From assembly GCA_019114345.1 (NCBI GenBank), contig DXFS01000019.1:6989-70988 (forward strand): a stretch of DNA of 64,000 nt. Direction: 5' to 3'. Shown one piece after another: positions 35,439 to 45,941 of the stretch. This DNA comes from Candidatus Agathobaculum pullistercoris. Its GTDB lineage: Bacteria > Bacillota > Clostridia > Oscillospirales > Butyricicoccaceae. The position numbers and the translations under genes are program-made. Below the pieces are notes generated by a model. It worked only from the letters and a program-made list of their open reading frames with translations. It was not told the origin of the DNA and did no database searches. Every line of letters begins with the position of its first letter. The stretch's first letter is position 1.

Positions 35439-35921
35439 ATGGGCATCACCTATCAGGAACCCTTTAAGGCTTTCCGGTTTTTGGTGGAGGTGGAGAGTGG
35501 CGGCGTGGCTGTCGCGGCGTTCTCCGAGTTTTCCGGCGTAAAAATGGAGGTCGATACGGTGCAGGCGCGCTCCGGGAACGATAACCGGGGCGTGCAGGAG
35601 TATATCCCCGTGCTGACCCGCTTTGCCCCTGTCACGCTGACCAAGGGCGTTGTGGGGGACAATGATTTTCTGGACTGGCTCTTCTCCGCAGCTGCAGGGC
35701 CGGAGACCGGGCCAAACGGGGCGAACCTGCGCCGCACGCTCAATATTGTGGCGCTGGATGATAAAGGCAACCGCGGCGTGACTTGGTCGCTGAAAGATGC
35801 GCTGCCGATCGGCTATGAGCTGACGCCGATGAGCGGCGGGCGCAGCGAGGTGCTTTCTGAAAGCCTGACCTTTGCGATCACCGGCATGGAGCGCATCACG
35901 CATGAGCCGCCCCAGCCATAA
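35439..35921 (+). CDS. second tube-like protein (gp19 family, Afp5-like)
   Basis: AFRFLVEV, FSEFSG, VTLTKG, WSLKDALP. Confidence 0.88.
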   Translation: MGITYQEPFKAFRFLVEVESGGVAVAAFSEFSGVKMEVDTVQARSGNDNRGVQEYIPVLTRFAPVTLTKGVVGDNDFLDWLFSAAAGPETGPNGANLRRTLNIVALDDKGNRGVTWSLKDALPIGYELTPMSGGRSEVLSESLTFAITGMERITHEPPQP

Positions 35922-35966
35922 ACATAACGAACAGCCCCGCCGGGATACAAGGAGGTGTACTGCGGC

Positions 35967-36386
35967 ATGGCGTATTTGTCGGGCGCTTATTTCGAGGTGC
36001 TTCTGATCGGCACAGGCGCTGTGCTGGAGGGGAAATTTACCTCGGTTTCCGGACTGGATATGGAGATTGAATACGAGGTGTTCAACGAAGGCGGGCTGAA
36101 CTACCCGCGGTTCTTTTTCAAGCAGAACAAGCCGCAGGTGCTTGTGCTCGAACAGGGCACAGTGACCAGCGTGGATTCGGTCTCGCTGCTGATGAACATG
36201 TGTAATCTGGGCATGTCCATCCCGCTGGCGGGCACGGTCATTCTCAAGGACAGCTTCGGCACACCGCAGCGCACCTGGTCGATTGTGGGCGCGTACCTGC
36301 AGAAGTATGTGGGTCCGTCGCTGAACAGCAACCAGGCCGCACTGGCGGTCAGCCGGATCGAACTGATATACAATGGGTGCTGCTGA
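35967..36386 (+). CDS. third tube-like protein (gp19 family)
   Basis: FTSVSGLDMEIE...EGGLN, LVLEQG, KYVGPSLNS, IELIY. Confidence 0.85.
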   Translation: MAYLSGAYFEVLLIGTGAVLEGKFTSVSGLDMEIEYEVFNEGGLNYPRFFFKQNKPQVLVLEQGTVTSVDSVSLLMNMCNLGMSIPLAGTVILKDSFGTPQRTWSIVGAYLQKYVGPSLNSNQAALAVSRIELIYNGCC

Positions 36387-39300
36387 TGGATTCGATTGCC
36401 GTAACAAAACCGGATATGGCGGTGACAAAAAGGGACAGGCTGGGCCTGTCTCTATTTGGGCTGCTGTCGCTGGCGTTCGGCGATGAGGTGCGCACCCGCA
36501 GCGCATGGCAGACCGGGCTGTACCGCGAGGTGCCGCTCGAGCTGCTGGAGGAGGACGAACCTGTCCCGGTATCCGGGAGTGAACGGGAGCTGCATCTGGA
36601 TGTGGATCTCAAGGTGGTTCTGGAAAACCTGAAGCAGGAGCACAAGCAGGCGGATAAGCGGCAGAAGCAGGCGGCAGAGCGCATTTTGGAGCGGGTTTAC
36701 CTGCTTGAGCGCCGCATCAGCGAGGCTGCACCCGCCGGGGCGCACATCAACGTGCGGATCGACCCGCCGCAGGCAGGACAGGCTGCAGCCCCAAATGGAC
36801 AGACCGCAAACATGCCTGCCGCTGTAAAGAAGAACGGGGCAGTAAATGAAGCGCAGGCCGTTCGGGAAAAGGAAATCTTATCGGTCATACGGACGGCATT
36901 GGCCGAAAAAGACGCGCAGCAGCGGCTGCAGGCAGCGCAGATGGCAGAAAAAGAGCAGGCCGGCCGTGCGGCATACATCACCCGCGTTATGCACCGCAGG
37001 CAGATCGGCACTCAGGCTGCAGCCGCTGTGCGGCAAGCGCGCCGCGCCGCAGACGGCAGCTTGTGGCGAACCGTGAAGCAGGAGCAGATGGGACGGCTTT
37101 CCGCCCCGCTTACGCCGGTTTCGTGGAGCACCGCCGCCCCGGCCGGCGAGGGATGGACACCCCGCTGGCAGGAGGAGCATCCGGGCTTTGCCTCCAAAAA
37201 GGAGACAGGCGGCGGGCAGGCCGCAGGCGGGAGCATCCTGCTGCCTGACCAGCTCCGCCTGCGCAGGCAGCGCGCACTGCAGCAGGCTGCAGAAGCGGCT
37301 GCGGAGCCGTTTGCAGCTGGCATGCGTACGGCAGAGGGATCGCTGGCTCATCCGGACAACGCCGCACTGGAGGCGGCTGGCATCCGGCAGGACGAGACAG
37401 TGCGGCTGTTAGTACAGCGGCTGGATCGTGCAGTCGAGCAGGCGGTCAGGCGGCCGGTACGGCGGGAAACCGCCGCCACAGCCGAGGGCGCCTCGCCTGT
37501 GCAGCAGAAAAGCCCGGCAGAGGATGCCCGCATGGAGCAGCCCAGTGGGAAAACGGACGGTACCCGTCCGGCACAGGGGCGTACAGCTTCTGCAGGGCAG
37601 GAAGTGCGAGCGGAAAAACAAACCGCTGCCGTACATGCGGAACCGGATGCAGTACCTGCTGCTGCGGTCTCCGGATCGGCGGCAGCCCGGACAGGGACAG
37701 CCGCAGCCGGGGCAGAGCATCCCGGCACAGCGGATCAGAACGAGCGTCCGGCGCAGCGTGCACAGGGTGGAACAGATACAGCAATGCAGGCGGTTCCGTC
37801 GGGGGCTGCTGCACCGCAGACGGGATTGCCGCAGGAAGCGCTGCTGCACCGCATAGATGGACAGGACAGCGTACAACACGTCGGCAAACTGGACGGCAGA
37901 GCATCTGTACAAGGACAGGCCGATCAAGTTACACCAAAAGCACAGGAAGGCAAGCGAGCTGTCAAGATACATATGCAACAACCGGATGACGCATCCCGTC
38001 GGAGCGAGCAGTCTGTCAGCGGAACTTCAGCTGCATCCGCCGGTCAGACAGATGCCCGGACGGCTTCTGCTGCAGTCCGGATGGAGCAGCACGGTGCAGC
38101 AGTGCAAACAGCCCAAACGGAGCAGTATGAGCGGGAAACAATAGGCACAGAGCGTCAGGCGGCCTTGCCGGGTGCTGCTGCACCACAGGCGGCGCTGCCG
38201 CCGGAAGCGCTGCTGTACCGCGCGGAAATGCAGGACAGCAGCCCGGCTGCGCAGAGGGGAACATCATCTGCGCCGGGACAGGAGCGTCCGGAGAACAGGA
38301 CGCTGCCCGGACGGGACAAACCGCGTGGGGCGGATACAGCGCCTTTGGCAGACCCCCTAGCGGGGACAGCACCGCAGAAAGCGGCTGCCCCGGAAGCAGG
38401 GACAGCCCCCTCCCTTATGCCAGCAGGCCAAAACGCGCAAAAACCTTCCGGTACGGATCGGCAGGAGCAGGAGACCGATGCGGTGCCGCAGGCAAAGACA
38501 GCACCGCGCGCCTATGCTGCACCAAATGAGCAGCCCGCACTTCCGGCTGCGCCTTTGATCCACCGGGAGACTGCATTTGACCTGGAACAGAATAACCAGC
38601 CGGGGCAGACTGTGCCCGGGCTGGGGGAAGAACGGTCCGCACCTGTACCCAAACAGGCACAGCCCCACCCGGAGCGGGCCGCTGGACGGCAAGCCGATAC
38701 ACGGCTGGCCGGAGCAGTAGGCCGGGCTAGGGATGCCTCCTCAGCGCAGCAGCCCGCCGGGGCAGATGCAGCAGCGCAGACGGACAGCCACACAGCAGAA
38801 CGGCCGATGCATACAGCTGTTTTGCCGCAGAAAAGCGGCGGGGCACAGGCGCAGACAGCTTCCGAACGTGCGCTGCCTGTAAAAACAGAAGGGGTGGAGG
38901 GCTATGCTGCGTCCGAGCCTTTGACATGGCGGACGGATGCGGAGCCTTCCGCGCCGCAGGAGCAGCGCACGGAAACGGCGGGCAAGGCCCAGAACGCTGC
39001 CGCAGCGCCTGCCGACACCGCATATGCAGAGGGAAAACAGCAAACAACAGCCGTTCTGTCCCATAAGGGGCGGACGGACGAGATCGAATATTCCACAGCG
39101 CATCCCAGCCGCAGCATAACAGGAAAACCGTTGTCTGGACACGGTCCGGCGCCGGGAAACGCAGGTGGTGCCGCGCAGGCGGATGCCGGACTGGTTTACC
39201 GGACGGATACGGCACAGCTGCAGACGGCAGCGCAGGAACGGCAAAACGGTCTGCCTGTACAGGCCAAAGCGATCGTGACGGCCGCCGCGGGACACGGACA

Positions 39301-39877
39301 GCCGTCGGATCGGCTGCGTACGGCGCTGCGCCGTTCGACGGAGGAAATCCTGGCCCGGCCCATGAAACCGGTGCAGACCACGCTGGTTCGTCCACAACAG
39401 GCAGGCAATACAGCAGCGGTGCGTCCGATCGAGACATTTACTGATGCTGCTTTGCAGCCGGGAGAAACGGCTTCCCGGCGCGCGGCAGTAATGGACGGGA
39501 ACGAGCTGTCCTACCTGCCGCTGCAGCCTGCGGAGCAGAAAACGGATCAAAAAGCATCCTCCCAGGCAAGCGCACTGCCGGATTGGGCGCAGCGTTTTCT
39601 GCAGCAGCCGGCGGGTGCAGACAGGCAGAACACGCAGCGTTTTTCGGCGGTGCAGCAGCAGTCGGCGGCTGTGCCGCCGGGGCAGATCGAATGGACGGCG
39701 CCGGGCGCCGTGCCGAAGGCAGCGCCGATCGTCTTCCGCGAAAACAAACAGCCGGAAGCGCAGCACCCCGCAGCGCCAGCGCGTCTGAGCGACAGCGAGC
39801 TGCGCCGCGCGGCGGATAAGGTATACCGCATGATCGAGGATCGCCTGCGCCGTGAGCTGCGGCGCAGCGGAAAGTAA
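36386..39877 (+). CDS. large Ala/Gln/Pro-rich low-complexity protein (candidate tape measure/scaffold)
   Basis: TGATG coupling; position between tubes and the LysM gene; C-terminal LRRAADKVYRMIEDRLRRELRRSG helix. Confidence 0.7.
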   Translation: MDSIAVTKPDMAVTKRDRLGLSLFGLLSLAFGDEVRTRSAWQTGLYREVPLELLEEDEPVPVSGSERELHLDVDLKVVLENLKQEHKQADKRQKQAAERILERVYLLERRISEAAPAGAHINVRIDPPQAGQAAAPNGQTANMPAAVKKNGAVNEAQAVREKEILSVIRTALAEKDAQQRLQAAQMAEKEQAGRAAYITRVMHRRQIGTQAAAAVRQARRAADGSLWRTVKQEQMGRLSAPLTPVSWSTAAPAGEGWTPRWQEEHPGFASKKETGGGQAAGGSILLPDQLRLRRQRALQQAAEAAAEPFAAGMRTAEGSLAHPDNAALEAAGIRQDETVRLLVQRLDRAVEQAVRRPVRRETAATAEGASPVQQKSPAEDARMEQPSGKTDGTRPAQGRTASAGQEVRAEKQTAAVHAEPDAVPAAAVSGSAAARTGTAAAGAEHPGTADQNERPAQRAQGGTDTAMQAVPSGAAAPQTGLPQEALLHRIDGQDSVQHVGKLDGRASVQGQADQVTPKAQEGKRAVKIHMQQPDDASRRSEQSVSGTSAASAGQTDARTASAAVRMEQHGAAVQTAQTEQYERETIGTERQAALPGAAAPQAALPPEALLYRAEMQDSSPAAQRGTSSAPGQERPENRTLPGRDKPRGADTAPLADPLAGTAPQKAAAPEAGTAPSLMPAGQNAQKPSGTDRQEQETDAVPQAKTAPRAYAAPNEQPALPAAPLIHRETAFDLEQNNQPGQTVPGLGEERSAPVPKQAQPHPERAAGRQADTRLAGAVGRARDASSAQQPAGADAAAQTDSHTAERPMHTAVLPQKSGGAQAQTASERALPVKTEGVEGYAASEPLTWRTDAEPSAPQEQRTETAGKAQNAAAAPADTAYAEGKQQTTAVLSHKGRTDEIEYSTAHPSRSITGKPLSGHGPAPGNAGGAAQADAGLVYRTDTAQLQTAAQERQNGLPVQAKAIVTAAAGHGQPSDRLRTALRRSTEEILARPMKPVQTTLVRPQQAGNTAAVRPIETFTDAALQPGETASRRAAVMDGNELSYLPLQPAEQKTDQKASSQASALPDWAQRFLQQPAGADRQNTQRFSAVQQQSAAVPPGQIEWTAPGAVPKAAPIVFRENKQPEAQHPAAPARLSDSELRRAADKVYRMIEDRLRRELRRSGK

Positions 39878-39892
39878 GCAGAAAGGAGCCGG

Positions 39893-40630
39893 ATGATGTT
39901 CGTTGGCGTACCCAATCCCAATATCCTGATGCCTCTGGAAAAGATGACCATCACAGTAACAGAAGGCAAAAAAAAGGGAGAGAAAATCACGGTCCTTTAC
40001 AACCCGGAACAATACGTGCAGTCGCGCAGCGTGAACATGACAAAAGAAAACGCGTTCGGAGCGAATGGGCAGGAGTCGCAGATTCCATCCGGAGATTCAG
40101 AAACACTGAGCTTTACCTTGTTTTTCGATACCATGTCCGCAGGTGCGGAGGTTGGCGGGGACGAGATAGAACGGACGGTATTCGCCGCCAACAGCCTGCT
40201 GCCGTCGGCGGCAAAGATGGATGTGCGCAAGTATACAAAGAAAATCTATAATTTGATGCGCTTCGATGCCTCTATCCATTCCATTCCGCCGCTTAAGCTG
40301 GAATGGGCATCCCTGCAGTTTTATGGTTATCTGGCGCAGTGTACCCAGACTTTTACCAAGTTTAGCGAGATGGGTACGCCGGTGCGGGCGACGATGGAGT
40401 GCGTTTTCCATCAGGTCACAAACCTGCTCAAGGACGCGGAAATGGATCCGCTTGAATCGCCGGATACGACCAAGTACCGCACGGTGGTGCAGGGGGATTC
40501 CCTTTGGGCAATGGCAATAAAAGAATACGGCCAGCCTGAACAGTGGCGCACGATTGCAACAGCAAACGGACTGTCGAACCCGCGCCGCCTGCGTTCGGGA
40601 GAACGGCTCGTCCTGCCGGCGATTGACTGA
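39893..40630 (+). CDS. tube initiator with LysM domain (Afp7-like)
   Basis: YNPEQY, LSFTLFFDT, PP..LEW, FTKF...GTPVRA; VVQGDSLWAMA...WRTIA.ANG LysM. Confidence 0.92.
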   Translation: MMFVGVPNPNILMPLEKMTITVTEGKKKGEKITVLYNPEQYVQSRSVNMTKENAFGANGQESQIPSGDSETLSFTLFFDTMSAGAEVGGDEIERTVFAANSLLPSAAKMDVRKYTKKIYNLMRFDASIHSIPPLKLEWASLQFYGYLAQCTQTFTKFSEMGTPVRATMECVFHQVTNLLKDAEMDPLESPDTTKYRTVVQGDSLWAMAIKEYGQPEQWRTIATANGLSNPRRLRSGERLVLPAID

Positions 40631-40654
40631 TAACACGGAAGGAGGCGGACGGAA

Positions 40655-41755
40655 TTGGATACATCGAGCTATACCTACAAGGCGCTCCAAAAAAAATATG
40701 TCAATTTTATCACGCCCGCCCTCGAAGTCACAATCGGCAATACCACCTATTCCAGCAAGGAGATCCCGATCCTCAATCTGGAGGTCGAGCTGACTGCGGA
40801 CGGCAGCGCAGGCGGATGCACTTTCACAGTTGACAGCCAGTATAAGGCCGAGGCAAGCCGGTGGAAAAACGATTTTGACAAATCGGTCAAAATCGGCGCC
40901 AAGCTGGCGGTCAAGGGCGGCTATGTCAAAATGGAGGAGATCTTCTACGGATATATTGACGACTATTCTTTTGCCTACAGCGGTGAGGAAGGACCGAATA
41001 TCGAGATAACCGGTATAGACGGCCTTGGCTATTTGATGAGCATGAGGGAACCGCTGTATGCGGGACAGCAGAAGGCAAAAAACATTGTGGAAGACATATT
41101 GAGCAAAAGCGTAGCGGCCGGCTATGCCAAAAAAGCAAAAGTGGGCATGCTTTCCGGCTTTGAGACTCCCATTATCAAAGAGCAGATCGATGACTGGAGC
41201 TTTTTGAACCTGATGGCCGGGCGGTATGGGGCGACCCTGTTTGTTGTGGATGGGGAACTGATTTTTGACGATGTCGTCTCTGATACCAAGCCACTGCTCA
41301 AGCTGGCAGTTGGCGCAGGCCTGCGCAGCTTTACAAAACGCGTTTCACTGGCGCACCAGGTCGGCAAGGTAGAGATCTGGGGACGGGATGTGAACCAGAA
41401 GCCGATCAAAGGGGTGGCGGATGCGGTTACAGTTGGCGGAGCAGAGGGAAAATCTGCGGCGCAGCTGGTTTCCGGCCTGAAATCGGCGGTGCTGCGCGAA
41501 TACAGCGAATACGTCCGCACACAAAAAGAGTGCGAATTGATGGCACAGAACCGCCTCAACGGGATCGCAATGGGGCTGGTGTCGGGCGAAGGCACCTGCA
41601 TCGGCATCCCGGAGATCATTCCCGGGCGTTACATCGAAATCGACGGGCTGGACGACAGCACAAACGGAAGCTATTTTATCAGCCGCGTCAAACACCGGTT
41701 TGACAGTGCAGGATATTCCACCACGTTTGAAGTCAAGGGGGCGAAAACCAAATGA
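40655..41755 (+). CDS. baseplate hub, late-control D/gp27-like (VgrG N-half)
   Basis: GGY, EQIDDWSFL..MA.RYG, GIPEIIPG, GSYFISRVKHRF...GYSTTF. Confidence 0.88.
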   Translation: MDTSSYTYKALQKKYVNFITPALEVTIGNTTYSSKEIPILNLEVELTADGSAGGCTFTVDSQYKAEASRWKNDFDKSVKIGAKLAVKGGYVKMEEIFYGYIDDYSFAYSGEEGPNIEITGIDGLGYLMSMREPLYAGQQKAKNIVEDILSKSVAAGYAKKAKVGMLSGFETPIIKEQIDDWSFLNLMAGRYGATLFVVDGELIFDDVVSDTKPLLKLAVGAGLRSFTKRVSLAHQVGKVEIWGRDVNQKPIKGVADAVTVGGAEGKSAAQLVSGLKSAVLREYSEYVRTQKECELMAQNRLNGIAMGLVSGEGTCIGIPEIIPGRYIEIDGLDDSTNGSYFISRVKHRFDSAGYSTTFEVKGAKTK

Positions 41756-42549
41756 GTATCGCAGAACAGCTGGATTCGCTTTCCCGTGAGATGGGGATGG
41801 GCCTGCGCCGCGGCATGGACCGCCGCGGGCTGACACTCGCCAAAGTAACCAACGTGACTGATCCGGAAAAGTTCAACCGGGTCAAGTGCCTGCCGATCGG
41901 ATCGGAAAATACAGAAAGCAAAGAGGAAACCGACTGGTGCTATGTGATGGCGCCCGCGGGCGGCATGGAGCGGGGTATTTTCTGGTTCCCGCGGCTGGAT
42001 GATCTGGTCGTCCTGGCTTATCTGGACGATGATCCCCACCGCCCGCTGGTGATCGGCAGCCTGTGGACGACGGAAGTCAAACCGCCCTATACCATCGAGG
42101 AGGGCAAGGTGCAGGAGTATGCCATGCGTACCCCTTCCAAAATCGAGCTGCTGATGCATGATGAGGAGAAAAAGCACAAGGTCACGCTGACCCTGCCCTC
42201 CGGCACGACACTGGTGCTGGACGATGAAACACAGAAAGTCGAGCTGCGGGATAAAGAAAGCAAAAACGCCCTGCTGATGGATCTGAAAGAAGGGAACATC
42301 TCGCTTACGGCGGCAAACAAGATCGAGCTTTCTGCCGGCGGCGAGGCAACCGTTACGCTGGAGAAAGCAGGAAACATTACAATTAAGGCCAGCCAGAAAG
42401 TCGCCATGGAAGGCGTCAATGTAGAAGAAAAGGCAAGCGCAAACCTCAAATTGGAGGGAGCGACGGCTGCGGTCAAGTCGAGCGGAACGCTTGAGCTGAC
42501 CGCCACCGGGAATACGACGCTCAAAGGGCTGATGGTCAACATCAACTAA
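41752..42549 (+). CDS. spike protein, gpV/gp5 OB-fold plus beta-repeats (VgrG C-half)
   Basis: AKVTNVTDPE..RVK, TDWC, FPRLDDLV, PLVIGSLW, C-terminal LKGLMVNIN. Confidence 0.9.
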   Translation: MSIAEQLDSLSREMGMGLRRGMDRRGLTLAKVTNVTDPEKFNRVKCLPIGSENTESKEETDWCYVMAPAGGMERGIFWFPRLDDLVVLAYLDDDPHRPLVIGSLWTTEVKPPYTIEEGKVQEYAMRTPSKIELLMHDEEKKHKVTLTLPSGTTLVLDDETQKVELRDKESKNALLMDLKEGNISLTAANKIELSAGGEATVTLEKAGNITIKASQKVAMEGVNVEEKASANLKLEGATAAVKSSGTLELTATGNTTLKGLMVNIN

Positions 42550-42603
42550 CCAGGGCGGACAGGAGCTTCGCGCGGCACAGGCCGCGGAAAGGAGTGGAAG
42601 CAA

Positions 42604-43023
42604 GTGAACGGCAAGGAGTTTTTGGGCCGGGGGCTGAAGTTCCCGCTGCAGGTGGACCCGCGGACCGGAAAATTCGCCATGGTCGGGCAGGAAGAGGATA
42701 TCCGCGAGGCCATCGGCATCATCCTGAATACCGTACAGGGCGAGCGCGTGATGCGGCCGGGCTTTGGCTCCAACGTGATCGAATACACCTTTGCCGCCGC
42801 CTCCAGCTCCATGCTGAACAGCATCGCCTACGAGGTGCGTGAGCAGCTGCTGCTCCAGGAGCCCCGCATTGAGGACGTGGAGGTGGACTGCCGCGAAATG
42901 AACCGGATGACCGGGGCAATCGTGGTAGAGGTCAGCTATACGGTGCGCAGTACCAACAACCGTTATAACCATGTTTATCCGTTTTACATGACAGAAGGCT
43001 CGGAGGGGGGTAACGTGCTGTGA
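42604..43023 (+). CDS. gp25/GPW baseplate protein (Afp9-like)
   Basis: FLGRGLKFP, GERVMRPGFG, EPRI, VYPFY. Confidence 0.94.
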   Translation: MNGKEFLGRGLKFPLQVDPRTGKFAMVGQEEDIREAIGIILNTVQGERVMRPGFGSNVIEYTFAAASSSMLNSIAYEVREQLLLQEPRIEDVEVDCREMNRMTGAIVVEVSYTVRSTNNRYNHVYPFYMTEGSEGGNVL

Positions 43024-45911
43024 AAACCCCTTCGCTGGATCCGCGCACGCTGGAAGAGCTGCGGCGGGAGGTCAGGGCGCTTGCCGCATCCTATACGCCG
43101 GAATGGCGCTTTGAGGATACACAGAATGACCCGGGCGCGGCGTTGGCCGAACTGTTCTGCGGGATGTTTGAGCAGACGGTCGACCGCATGAATTCCGTGC
43201 CGGAAAAGCTGTATACCGAGTTTCTCAACCTGATCGGCTTCCGCCTGCCGGCCCCGGCTCCCGCATCGGGTACGATGCAGTTCACCGCGCATGAAACCGT
43301 GGAGAAGCCGGTACGCGTGCCTGCAGGCACGCAGGTGTTTACGCCGGACGGACAGGGCGACAACATCATTTACGAAACCGAACGCGTGATTGAGGCTACG
43401 CCTGCGCGTCTGCTGGATATTTTTTACGTCGACGGTACGGGTGACCGGCTGGAACGGACCGACCTGTCGCGGCCGCAGCGCTTCTTTACCCCATGCGGGG
43501 AAAACCTGCAGCGCCACCGCTTCTGGTTCAGCCAGCAGGATGTGCTGCGGCTGGACTGCCCGTGTACGGTGGAGATTGAGCTGCGGCAAAGTGCGCGCTA
43601 TCTCGAAGAGGAAAGCGCCAAGCTTCTGGAGAAAATGCAGTGGACCTATCTGCACGAGGGTGAAAGCCTCCCGTTTGATGCGGTGCGGGCGGAAAACGGC
43701 AGGCTGATGCTGGAAAAGCGCAGCAGTCTGTCGGTCGATACAGATGCGGCAGGCCGGCGCGCGATCTGCTGCGCGGGGCAGCCTGAAGCTGCGCTGACGA
43801 TCGAGGGAATCAGCCTGCGCTCTGCGCCGCTTGCGCGCTGCCGGGCAGACCTGCTGTTTTCCGGCGACCTTCCTATCGAATTGCCGGAGGGCGGGTACTG
43901 CTTCGGCAGGCAGCCTATGCCGTATGCGCTGTTTTATATCCGCTCGGATACAGTGCTGACCAAGCGCGGAGCGACGGCCAACCTGCGGCTGGACATCACG
44001 CCGATTGTGGACGATCCGCCGGAACAGCCGCCGCAGTACAACTTTACGCAAGCGATCATCGACAAAAAGGGCGCGGTCGAGCGCAAGCCGGACGACGTTT
44101 CTATCTCGGCCGTGGTATGGGAGTACTATAACGGAACCGGATGGAGGCGGCTGGAGACCGAAGGCGACCGGAACCCGTTCTCCTGCAAGCGGGACGGCGT
44201 GCTGGAAACCCGCTTTACCGTACCGGCGGATATCGCGCCGTGCGAGGTCAACGCGGAGGAGGGCATGTACATCCGCGTGCGCGTGGCGGAGGTGGAAAAC
44301 CGCTTTTCCGACTATGCGCGCTGGATCGTGCCGTTTGTGCGCGAGGCGGAGTTTGCATGGGCGTATGACACCCTTGTGCCCGCAGCGCAGTGCGGAGCAG
44401 AGAACAACGGCTGCAGCACGGAGATCGGGGAAGCGGACCGCGTTACAGACCTGCACCTGCCCGCGCTTGAGCCGATGGAGCAGGCGCCGCGCGCCATGTA
44501 TCTGCGGTTTGACCAGTCGCCGCATGCGATGCCGCTTTCCCTGCTGTTTGAGGTTGTCGGCCGGGTGCCGCTGACCGACAAGCTGATGTGGGAATGCTGT
44601 ACGGGCGGGCGGTTTGAGGCGGTTGCCGCCGTCGATCTGACGGGCAACCTGCACCACACCGGACAGGTGATGCTGTACCTGCCGGAGCGGCTGCCGCGCG
44701 TCTCCCTGTTTGGGGAGGAGGGCTGCTGGCTGCGCGTGAGCCGCAGCTCAGGCTTTCAGGGGCCGGAGCCGTGTGTCGCGTCGGTGCAGCTGAATACCGT
44801 GACCGCAAGGCAGCTGCAGCGGGAGCCGGAGCTGTATTTTAACACTGCCCCCTATGATGCGGGCAAGACGGTCACCCTGCTGCGGACACCGGTGGCCTCC
44901 TGCGAGGTCTGGGTAGATGAAGCGGGCGCTCTGCCGCTGGCGGATGCACAGCTTCTGGCGGAGCAGCAGCCGGAGGATGTGCGGCTGGAATGGGCGGACA
45001 GTGTGTTGACGCACTGCTGGGTGCGGTGGCGTCAATGCGACGATCTGGCGCTTGCCGCGCCGGATGCGCGTGCGTTCGTGCTGGATCCCTATGAAGGGAC
45101 GGTATCCTTTGGCGACGGGAGGCGCGGCCGCGTACCGGCGCCGGGCGACCGCACAGTCTGTGTCCGCTATGTCAGCGGCGGCGGCACGCGCGGCAATGTG
45201 CCCGCAGGACAGGTGAATTCCCTGGTCGGCGCGCTGCCCCGCATCAGCGGTGTTGTGAATATCACGCCGATGAGCGGCGGCACTGACCGCTTCCCGCAGG
45301 AACGGATCGAAGCGGTCGGAAACAAGCGCCTGCGCCACCGCGGCCGCGCGGCGGGCGCAAGCGATTTTGAAGAGCTTGTGCTGGAAGCCTTTCCGCAGGT
45401 GCTGCATGTCAGATGCTTTTCCGGCAGGGATGAAAAGGGAAACACGGCGCCCGGGCACGTCACGGTGGTTGTGACGGGCGTGGACGACGGCAGCGCCGCG
45501 GACCGGCTGTGCGACCGGGTCTATGCGTTTCTTGCCGAGCGGTGCAGCTGCTGTCTGACCGCTGAGGGCAGGCTGCATGTTTGCCCGGCAACCGTGATTA
45601 CCGTGAGCACACGCATTTCGGTTGAACTGGAGGATCTTGACCAGGCGGCAGAGATCCAGCGGGAGGTCATCCGGCGGATCGAATCGCTGATCGAGGACAT
45701 CTGGCGCCGCCGCCGGATCGGCAGCCAGATCCGTACGGACGAGCTGTGGCGCGTGGTGCGGGATACGCCGGGCGTACATGTGATCGACCGGATACTGACC
45801 GAGGGCGCATTCGACGAGGACGGCCGCGCACGGCTTGTCCCATTGGAGCATGATGCAGAATTCCCGTATGCAGTGGTGCGCAGCGGCGTGCACTATGTGC
45901 GGGTGCGATAG
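43020..45911 (+). CDS. baseplate J/gp47-like wedge protein
   Basis: PSLDPR, YTPEW, DPG.AL, VSFGDGRRGRVP, GG.RGNV, GGTD, RA...DFE. Confidence 0.92.
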   Translation: MKTPSLDPRTLEELRREVRALAASYTPEWRFEDTQNDPGAALAELFCGMFEQTVDRMNSVPEKLYTEFLNLIGFRLPAPAPASGTMQFTAHETVEKPVRVPAGTQVFTPDGQGDNIIYETERVIEATPARLLDIFYVDGTGDRLERTDLSRPQRFFTPCGENLQRHRFWFSQQDVLRLDCPCTVEIELRQSARYLEEESAKLLEKMQWTYLHEGESLPFDAVRAENGRLMLEKRSSLSVDTDAAGRRAICCAGQPEAALTIEGISLRSAPLARCRADLLFSGDLPIELPEGGYCFGRQPMPYALFYIRSDTVLTKRGATANLRLDITPIVDDPPEQPPQYNFTQAIIDKKGAVERKPDDVSISAVVWEYYNGTGWRRLETEGDRNPFSCKRDGVLETRFTVPADIAPCEVNAEEGMYIRVRVAEVENRFSDYARWIVPFVREAEFAWAYDTLVPAAQCGAENNGCSTEIGEADRVTDLHLPALEPMEQAPRAMYLRFDQSPHAMPLSLLFEVVGRVPLTDKLMWECCTGGRFEAVAAVDLTGNLHHTGQVMLYLPERLPRVSLFGEEGCWLRVSRSSGFQGPEPCVASVQLNTVTARQLQREPELYFNTAPYDAGKTVTLLRTPVASCEVWVDEAGALPLADAQLLAEQQPEDVRLEWADSVLTHCWVRWRQCDDLALAAPDARAFVLDPYEGTVSFGDGRRGRVPAPGDRTVCVRYVSGGGTRGNVPAGQVNSLVGALPRISGVVNITPMSGGTDRFPQERIEAVGNKRLRHRGRAAGASDFEELVLEAFPQVLHVRCFSGRDEKGNTAPGHVTVVVTGVDDGSAADRLCDRVYAFLAERCSCCLTAEGRLHVCPATVITVSTRISVELEDLDQAAEIQREVIRRIESLIEDIWRRRRIGSQIRTDELWRVVRDTPGVHVIDRILTEGAFDEDGRARLVPLEHDAEFPYAVVRSGVHYVRVR

Positions 45912-45941
45912 AAAAACAGATCAGGAAGGGAGGGTCGGCCT

